Below, piece after piece: positions 56,091 through 64,000 of a stretch of 64,000 nucleotides of DNA. A program made the translations under genes and the position numbers. Numbering within the stretch: the stretch's first letter is position 1; every line of letters begins with the position of its first letter. Below the pieces are notes generated by a model that had not been told where the DNA came from, searched no databases, and worked only from the letters and a program-made list of their open reading frames with translations. The stretch is taken from the NCBI GenBank assembly GCA_000004985.1, contig GG738918.1; one strand, given 5' to 3'. Origin of the DNA: Naegleria gruberi. Lineage: Eukaryota.

Positions 56091-58183
56091 ATCTGATATT
56101 TTCATGTTTTTCATAATATCCACTGAAACATCACGAATAGCATGTCATTCAATACATTCTCTACCAGATAATTATCTTTTCAAACATCATCACTGCCAGA
56201 TTTATATGATAATTTGGAAAACTTTCAATCTAGTATTGTTCAACATGGTCAATTCCATCAGGTAAAATCACTTCCGAACATTTCCCTATTGGTGATAGGT
56301 ACTTTGGGGTTTGGTTAGGATTCAGAGTTGATTTATTTGGGTTATTTAAGAGATTACTTAGTGAAGATTGATATCATTGATTATATTTCTTATCATCTAT
56401 AAATGATGTAAATTTGATGTTTTCATTTCTTATATTGATAGATATTTAAAGGTCAGGTCAGTATCAACTTTTGAATGATGGACTTTGAGAAGTCAAATGT
56501 TTGGGACGTGAATCTACTCATTAAATTGAATAGGTATTGCTAATAAAGGAACATTTCATTGATTTATTGATTATAACGGTCAAATTGAGTTGAATGTAAG
56601 TGAATCTAATGTTGATTGATCGTGGATGGGTAGTTTCGCCACGAAGTGGTGCAACTACCAACCTTTGTAGATTGAATCAGGTTGATTTGCATGCAATATG
56701 AATAAGTAACATTATCAAGAGTGATTATTCACCAATTCAACGATCAACATTCAATAATCGGTTTGATTTCAATCAATAGCTTGCTCATCAAGCTTTGAAT
56801 CAAGATTCCAGTAATTAACGGCAGTCTATTTTTAAATTTAATCAAGACCATATATAGTAGCTTGACTTTTATGATCTGGAAACTATCTAGATGTGTTCTA
56901 TATTGAATAATCTATTTGAAAATGAGATGAATTAACTCTTCTATTGAGTTTTATTGGTATTGCAAGGTATTACGATTATAATAATCTACATAGAAATCAC
57001 TCTTGAAATATTAACTGAACTACAATGTATGAGAAACATAATGGTGGTGGAATAAATCAATAACTCGTTGAAATGACTGAGATGGAATGTAAACTATGGT
57101 CTATTTGTTATGTAATGGTGACTAGACAGTGTCAATTTCATCAAATTATTTCAAACTGATTACAATCAATAAAAAAAACCACTCTATACACCAAATATAC
57201 CATACAGAATGAGTTTCAATATTTAACATTGTGAACTGACTCTGTTGGATACCATCTCTATAAATATAACAATATGAAAAGTGTCAACATTCAATTACAC
57301 ATGCATGTTACAATGGAGAGTCATCATTATATCATCTAAATAGGTTGTATTTCAAGTTTCAGTCACATTGACTGTCTAGATATTGAGATGTGAATACTAA
57401 GGCTGATGAAATGGTACCTTCACTGATTATTGACATGAACATTACAATTGATCATATGATTCTTGTATAAGTATTTCATTATTCAGTAATTGTGATATGA
57501 TGGTAAAATTTAATTTTGGAATTAAGATTCTTCCTAATTGATTACCTTAGATGTTCCTTAGTTGAGTTGAAGATACAGAGCCACGAATATGAAACTTTGT
57601 CAGATTGTTCTCCTCATCAAGGGAAGTGTATTCATATTTGATACTTGTATGATATTTTGTAAAATGAATGAGATGGAGTATATTCTATATGTTGAATTAT
57701 GACAATTTGACAGATTGTTATTATTATCATACTGAATTCAACTCTAATAGACTTAAATTGATACCATATGTATAACAGTGTGATTAAATGTATCTGGTAA
57801 AGTTACATGATGGTTGGATGTACTTTCATTGAGATAGAGTGTACACTTGGATAAAATCACTATTGACATTGAACATTTACTGACTTAATAATTGAAAGTA
57901 ATACGAATTGGTTCCAAACAGTATACAGTGTATTTAGTTGATGTATACTATATGTGGTATGAATTCTAGATTGATTGTATGTATAATGAGCGAGTTGGAG
58001 CATAAGCTTTGATTTCATGTCAAAGTTCTATAGTATAGTGATCGAGTTGACATTTCGACATACTGAACCAATATTTATGAAATTGATACCATATGTTAAT
58101 TAGAGTGTCTATATATCATGATATCAATTTCAGTGAAAATGGAGTTGTTTCTGTACCTTCAGATTTCCAGCCATTCCCTTGAA

Positions 58184-58626
58184 GGGTTTGGGTTGGGTTT
58201 GGGTTTAGGGTTTGGGTTGGGTTTGGGTTTGGGTTTGGGTTTGGGTTTGGGTTTGGGTTTGGGTTTGGGTTTGGGTTTGGGTTTGGGTTTGGGTTTGGGT
58301 TTGGGTTTGGGGTTTGGTTGGGTTTGGGTTTGGGTTTGGGTTTGGGTTTGGGTTTGGGTTTGGGTTTGGGTTTGGGTTTGGGTTTGGGTTTGGGTTTGGG
58401 TTTGGGTTTGGGTTTGGGTTTGGGTTTGGGTTTGGGTTTGGGTTTGGGTTTGGGTTTGGGTTTGGGTTTGGGTTTGGGTTTGGGTTTGGGTTTGGGTTTG
58501 GGTTTGGGTTGGGTTTGGGTTTGGGTTTGGGTTTGGGTTTGGGTTTGGGTTTGGGTTTGGGTTTGGGTTTGGGTTTGGGTTTGGGTTTGGGTTTGGGCTC
58601 TGGGTTTGGGTTTGGGTTTGGGTTTG
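58184..58626 (+). repeat. interstitial telomere-type (GGGTTT)n array with occasional variants (GGGTTTAGGG, GGGTT, GGGCTCT)
   Basis: About 70 direct hexamer repeats, G-strand on +, ending directly at a 50-N gap. Confidence 0.9.
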
Positions 58627-58676
58627 NNNNNNNNNNNNNNNNNNNNNNNNNNNNNNNNNNNNNNNNNNNNNNNNNN
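58627..58676. other. assembly gap (50 N)
   Basis: Run of n characters. Confidence 1.
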
Positions 58677-58744
58677 ATTGGCAACTTGGCTGATTCACTT
58701 GTTCAGTTTACCACCATTTAGATATTAGAGATATTTCCAATTAG

Positions 58745-60014
58745 AATAAATGATATTTTCGCTAACTACTCATCATTTGCAACATTTTCATATGTGTTTT
58801 ATTGACTGGAGTGATGTTTTTGATATCTGGATTTTCACCTTTCCATCCTTAAAGTCAACCTTAAAATATCAACCTTTACCTTACTATATTATCAAATTAC
58901 ATTTTAAAACTCTAAAATTGTATTCTACAACATTATTTGAGTTGTTAAACATGATGGAAGTGTTTCATAGAGAGGTCATTTTCCAGATTTTCATTCATGA
59001 CCATAGTTGACTAGATGGTATGAAAAGGATGAAATCATGAATATGAAAGTTAAAATAAACTTTATATTCTATCTCTACACATCGAATGGAGCATGTACAT
59101 GTATAATTTGTTGATTGAAGTGATATATTTGATAGACTTGATCTTACTTGTCTTTCCTTCAGTCAACTTTGTAAAATCAACATTTACATTCCCATGGTAC
59201 CATTTCTGATTATTAGTACATGAAATTAAACTCTATATCATTATAGATCATCTACATTATGATGGTAAAGTTTCAATAGTGGTCTTTTTTCAAAATTTCC
59301 ACCTTTTCATCATAGTTGACCATGTGTGATTGAGGGAAGAAATCTCTAAATATGAAAGTCAAAATAAATTTGATATTCGATGTTTACTAATCAAATGAAA
59401 CATTTTCATGGCAGGATTTAATATGTTTTGATGAGAAACTCAAAAGTTATAGTTGACCTATTTTACCTCACATCTTACCTTTTCACTCAATACTTTTATA
59501 TCTACAGACTTGAACTTTTGAAATTTCATATGAAAGTGATTATGAATGTTGTTAATGATGATATTTACTATATAATCTCATTAAACGATTTTGAAATTAT
59601 CATTCTTCCTATGGTTTCATTTTAACAATTTTAATCTGACATTATTTACAAAGTTAATATTTTATAAATTGAAAAACTAAATATACTACATTGTTCTACT
59701 CATCATTTACAATCGAATGATATAAAATTTAATGATATTTGAATAAGTTTATAATTTTGGGCTAGGGTTTGAACGTTGGGTTTAGAAGATTTCTATTTTT
59801 AATTCTGGGTTTGGGTTGGTGTTTATTGGGTCAATTTTATACATTTTCATACAATATATTGATGTTGAAATGTACCCTTTGATGTTTCTGGATGGGTAGC
59901 ATGATTTAGTGATGATTCCGACAATAAAAATCATATATTGTTCATATAATTATCAAGATATTGTATAATTTATTAAATATCAAGTGGGTAATATTGAATA
60001 TTCTCTATAAGAGC
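58745..60014 (+). repeat. subtelomeric tandem satellite, unit ~650 bp (one diverged unit 58745..59085, one full unit 59086..59750, then degenerate telomere-like junction 59755..59830 and 185 bp unique)
   Basis: 59086..59750 is about 88-90% identical to 62778..63440, including the paired small ORFs 59428..59625 and 63124..63354. The unit boundary is …ctactcatcatttacaatcgaatg|gagcat…. Confidence 0.8.
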
Positions 60015-62777
60015 NNNNNNNNNNNNNNNNNNNNNNNNNNNNNNNNNNNNNNNNNNNNNNNNNNNNNNNNNNNNNNNNNNNNNNNNNNNNNNNNNNNNNN
60101 NNNNNNNNNNNNNNNNNNNNNNNNNNNNNNNNNNNNNNNNNNNNNNNNNNNNNNNNNNNNNNNNNNNNNNNNNNNNNNNNNNNNNNNNNNNNNNNNNNNN
60201 NNNNNNNNNNNNNNNNNNNNNNNNNNNNNNNNNNNNNNNNNNNNNNNNNNNNNNNNNNNNNNNNNNNNNNNNNNNNNNNNNNNNNNNNNNNNNNNNNNNN
60301 NNNNNNNNNNNNNNNNNNNNNNNNNNNNNNNNNNNNNNNNNNNNNNNNNNNNNNNNNNNNNNNNNNNNNNNNNNNNNNNNNNNNNNNNNNNNNNNNNNNN
60401 NNNNNNNNNNNNNNNNNNNNNNNNNNNNNNNNNNNNNNNNNNNNNNNNNNNNNNNNNNNNNNNNNNNNNNNNNNNNNNNNNNNNNNNNNNNNNNNNNNNN
60501 NNNNNNNNNNNNNNNNNNNNNNNNNNNNNNNNNNNNNNNNNNNNNNNNNNNNNNNNNNNNNNNNNNNNNNNNNNNNNNNNNNNNNNNNNNNNNNNNNNNN
60601 NNNNNNNNNNNNNNNNNNNNNNNNNNNNNNNNNNNNNNNNNNNNNNNNNNNNNNNNNNNNNNNNNNNNNNNNNNNNNNNNNNNNNNNNNNNNNNNNNNNN
60701 NNNNNNNNNNNNNNNNNNNNNNNNNNNNNNNNNNNNNNNNNNNNNNNNNNNNNNNNNNNNNNNNNNNNNNNNNNNNNNNNNNNNNNNNNNNNNNNNNNNN
60801 NNNNNNNNNNNNNNNNNNNNNNNNNNNNNNNNNNNNNNNNNNNNNNNNNNNNNNNNNNNNNNNNNNNNNNNNNNNNNNNNNNNNNNNNNNNNNNNNNNNN
60901 NNNNNNNNNNNNNNNNNNNNNNNNNNNNNNNNNNNNNNNNNNNNNNNNNNNNNNNNNNNNNNNNNNNNNNNNNNNNNNNNNNNNNNNNNNNNNNNNNNNN
61001 NNNNNNNNNNNNNNNNNNNNNNNNNNNNNNNNNNNNNNNNNNNNNNNNNNNNNNNNNNNNNNNNNNNNNNNNNNNNNNNNNNNNNNNNNNNNNNNNNNNN
61101 NNNNNNNNNNNNNNNNNNNNNNNNNNNNNNNNNNNNNNNNNNNNNNNNNNNNNNNNNNNNNNNNNNNNNNNNNNNNNNNNNNNNNNNNNNNNNNNNNNNN
61201 NNNNNNNNNNNNNNNNNNNNNNNNNNNNNNNNNNNNNNNNNNNNNNNNNNNNNNNNNNNNNNNNNNNNNNNNNNNNNNNNNNNNNNNNNNNNNNNNNNNN
61301 NNNNNNNNNNNNNNNNNNNNNNNNNNNNNNNNNNNNNNNNNNNNNNNNNNNNNNNNNNNNNNNNNNNNNNNNNNNNNNNNNNNNNNNNNNNNNNNNNNNN
61401 NNNNNNNNNNNNNNNNNNNNNNNNNNNNNNNNNNNNNNNNNNNNNNNNNNNNNNNNNNNNNNNNNNNNNNNNNNNNNNNNNNNNNNNNNNNNNNNNNNNN
61501 NNNNNNNNNNNNNNNNNNNNNNNNNNNNNNNNNNNNNNNNNNNNNNNNNNNNNNNNNNNNNNNNNNNNNNNNNNNNNNNNNNNNNNNNNNNNNNNNNNNN
61601 NNNNNNNNNNNNNNNNNNNNNNNNNNNNNNNNNNNNNNNNNNNNNNNNNNNNNNNNNNNNNNNNNNNNNNNNNNNNNNNNNNNNNNNNNNNNNNNNNNNN
61701 NNNNNNNNNNNNNNNNNNNNNNNNNNNNNNNNNNNNNNNNNNNNNNNNNNNNNNNNNNNNNNNNNNNNNNNNNNNNNNNNNNNNNNNNNNNNNNNNNNNN
61801 NNNNNNNNNNNNNNNNNNNNNNNNNNNNNNNNNNNNNNNNNNNNNNNNNNNNNNNNNNNNNNNNNNNNNNNNNNNNNNNNNNNNNNNNNNNNNNNNNNNN
61901 NNNNNNNNNNNNNNNNNNNNNNNNNNNNNNNNNNNNNNNNNNNNNNNNNNNNNNNNNNNNNNNNNNNNNNNNNNNNNNNNNNNNNNNNNNNNNNNNNNNN
62001 NNNNNNNNNNNNNNNNNNNNNNNNNNNNNNNNNNNNNNNNNNNNNNNNNNNNNNNNNNNNNNNNNNNNNNNNNNNNNNNNNNNNNNNNNNNNNNNNNNNN
62101 NNNNNNNNNNNNNNNNNNNNNNNNNNNNNNNNNNNNNNNNNNNNNNNNNNNNNNNNNNNNNNNNNNNNNNNNNNNNNNNNNNNNNNNNNNNNNNNNNNNN
62201 NNNNNNNNNNNNNNNNNNNNNNNNNNNNNNNNNNNNNNNNNNNNNNNNNNNNNNNNNNNNNNNNNNNNNNNNNNNNNNNNNNNNNNNNNNNNNNNNNNNN
62301 NNNNNNNNNNNNNNNNNNNNNNNNNNNNNNNNNNNNNNNNNNNNNNNNNNNNNNNNNNNNNNNNNNNNNNNNNNNNNNNNNNNNNNNNNNNNNNNNNNNN
62401 NNNNNNNNNNNNNNNNNNNNNNNNNNNNNNNNNNNNNNNNNNNNNNNNNNNNNNNNNNNNNNNNNNNNNNNNNNNNNNNNNNNNNNNNNNNNNNNNNNNN
62501 NNNNNNNNNNNNNNNNNNNNNNNNNNNNNNNNNNNNNNNNNNNNNNNNNNNNNNNNNNNNNNNNNNNNNNNNNNNNNNNNNNNNNNNNNNNNNNNNNNNN
62601 NNNNNNNNNNNNNNNNNNNNNNNNNNNNNNNNNNNNNNNNNNNNNNNNNNNNNNNNNNNNNNNNNNNNNNNNNNNNNNNNNNNNNNNNNNNNNNNNNNNN
62701 NNNNNNNNNNNNNNNNNNNNNNNNNNNNNNNNNNNNNNNNNNNNNNNNNNNNNNNNNNNNNNNNNNNNNNNNNNNNN
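60015..62777. other. assembly gap (2763 N)
   Basis: Run of n characters. It is flanked on both sides by copies of the same satellite unit, so it probably hides about four more units. Confidence 1.
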
Positions 62778-63440
62778 ATGGAGCATTTTCATATGTAATT
62801 TATTGATTGAAGTGATATATTTGATAGAGTTGGTCTGACTTGTCTTTCATTAAAGTCAACTTTGTAAAATCAACATTTACATTCCCATGGTACCATTTCT
62901 GATTCTTATGATATGAAATTGAATTGTACATCATTATAGACCATCTACATCATGATGGTAAAGTTTCAATAGGTGGTCCTTTTTCAAGATTTCCACCTTT
63001 TCATACAAGTTGACCATATGTGTGATTGAGGGAAGAAATCTCTAAATATGAAAGTCAAAATAAATTTGATATTCGATTTTTACTAATCAAATGGAACATT
63101 TTCATGTCAGGATTTAATATGTTTTGATGAGAAACTCAAAAGTTATTGTTGACCTATTGTACCTCACAACTTCCCTTTTCACTCAATACTTTTATATCTA
63201 CAGACTTGAACTTTTGAAATTTGATATGAAAGTGATTATAAATGTTGTTAATGATGATATATACTATATAATCTCACTAAAGGATTTTGAAATTATCATT
63301 CTTCCTATGGTTTCATTTTACAAATTTTTAATCTTACATTATTTACAAAGTTAATATTTTATAAATTGAAAAACTAAATATAATACATTGTTCTACTCAT
63401 CATTTACAATCGAATGATATAACAATCAATAAATTGGCCT
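62778..63440 (+). repeat. subtelomeric tandem satellite, terminal unit, abutting the telomere through a ggcctagggtttgaac…tgggtctgg junction
   Basis: Collinear with 59086..59750. Confidence 0.8.
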
Positions 63441-63481
63441 AGGGTTTGAACTTTGAAACATTGGGTCTGGACTTAAATATT

Positions 63482-64000
63482 GGGTTTGGGTTTGGGTTTG
63501 GGTTTGGGTTTGGGTTTGGGTTTGGGTTTGGGTTTGGGTTTGGGTTTGGGTTTGGGTTTGGGTTTGGGTTTGGGTTTGGGTTTGGGTTTGGGTTTGGGTT
63601 TGGGTTTGGGTTTGGGTTTGGGTTTGGGTTTGGGTTTGGGTTTGGGTTTGGGTTTGGGTTTGGGTTTGGGTTTGGGTTTGGGTTTGGGTTTGGGTTTGGG
63701 TTTGGGTTGGGGTTTGGGTTTGGGTTTGGGTTTGGGTTTGGGTTTGGGTTTGGGTTTGGGTTTGGGTTTGGGTTTGGGTTTGGGTTTGGGTTTGGGTTTG
63801 GGTTTGGGTTTGGGTTTGGGTTTGGGTTTGGGTTTGGGTTTGGGTTTGGGTTTGGGTTTGGGTTTGGGTTTGGGTTTGGGTTTGGGTTTGGGTTTGGGTT
63901 TGGGTTTGGGTTTGGTTTGGGGTTGGTTGGTTTTAGCTTTTGGTTTGGGTTTGGGTTTGGGTTTGGCTTTGGGTTTGGGTTTGGGTTGGGTTTGGGTTTG
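63482..64000 (+). repeat. terminal telomere array (GGGTTT)n, G-rich strand 5'→3' toward the window end (chromosome right end)
   Basis: More than 80 near-perfect hexamer repeats run to the last base. Variants appear only in the final 100 bp (GGTTTGGGGTTGGTTGG, GGCTTT). Confidence 0.9.

Noticed and set aside
58118-58728. Six-frame ORFs of 136-191 aa made of GLGLGL / WVWVWV / PNPNPN / TQTQTQ repeats
   Set aside because: They are translations of the (GGGTTT)n telomere array and the adjacent N-gap in all frames, not genes.
59428-59625. 65-aa ORF (MMRNSKVIVDL…) conserved with the 76-aa ORF at 63124..63354
   Set aside because: The conservation reflects the ~90% identity of the satellite units. Both are AT-rich with no A-rich ATG context, and they sit in the subtelomeric tandem repeat, so they are probably non-coding.
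59961-62798. 939-945 aa ORFs composed of X residues
   Set aside because: They are translations of the 2763-N assembly gap.

Overview
This 64 kb window is AT-rich eukaryotic nuclear DNA from the right-hand end of a chromosome or scaffold. It carries about 22 protein-coding genes on both strands and one intron-containing tRNA-Tyr. The genes use the standard genetic code, have A-rich leaders before the ATG, and are interrupted by very short spliceosomal introns. Those introns are 35-55 nt, with one of 134 nt, and use GTAAGT/GTATGT/GTTTGT/GTAGGT donors and (T/A)AG acceptors. The supplied ORF track therefore splits most genes, and it also calls TTG/GTG as M, so I reconstructed gene models by hand. 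Long poly-N/poly-Q/Ser-rich tracts, many tenascin-type EGF repeats, a ponticulin-like GPI protein, hybrid His-kinase signalling and the A-rich start context together look most like a dictyostelid-type amoebozoan. A Zn2Cys6 transcription factor and a GH128-like glucanase are also fungal-like, so I do not commit to a species. The gene content is strikingly rich in signalling proteins. These include a receptor-type adenylyl cyclase with a LivK-type periplasmic-binding-protein ectodomain, a hybrid histidine kinase, a Vps39-like CNH domain fused to a protein kinase, a Vps34-like PI3K with a long low-complexity N-terminus, and a GBP/atlastin-like large GTPase. There is also a hydantoinase-DUF917 fusion, a NAGPA-type phosphodiester glycosidase and a metallophosphoesterase. 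The last ~8.5 kb is a gene-free subtelomere. It holds a ~680-bp structured (nested inverted-repeat) dispersed element present in three copies in the window. It also holds an interstitial (GGGTTT)n block followed by an assembly gap, a ~650-bp tandem subtelomeric satellite spanning a second 2.8 kb gap, and a terminal (GGGTTT)n telomere array with the G-strand pointing at the window end. All functional calls are from motif recognition by eye; no searches were run.
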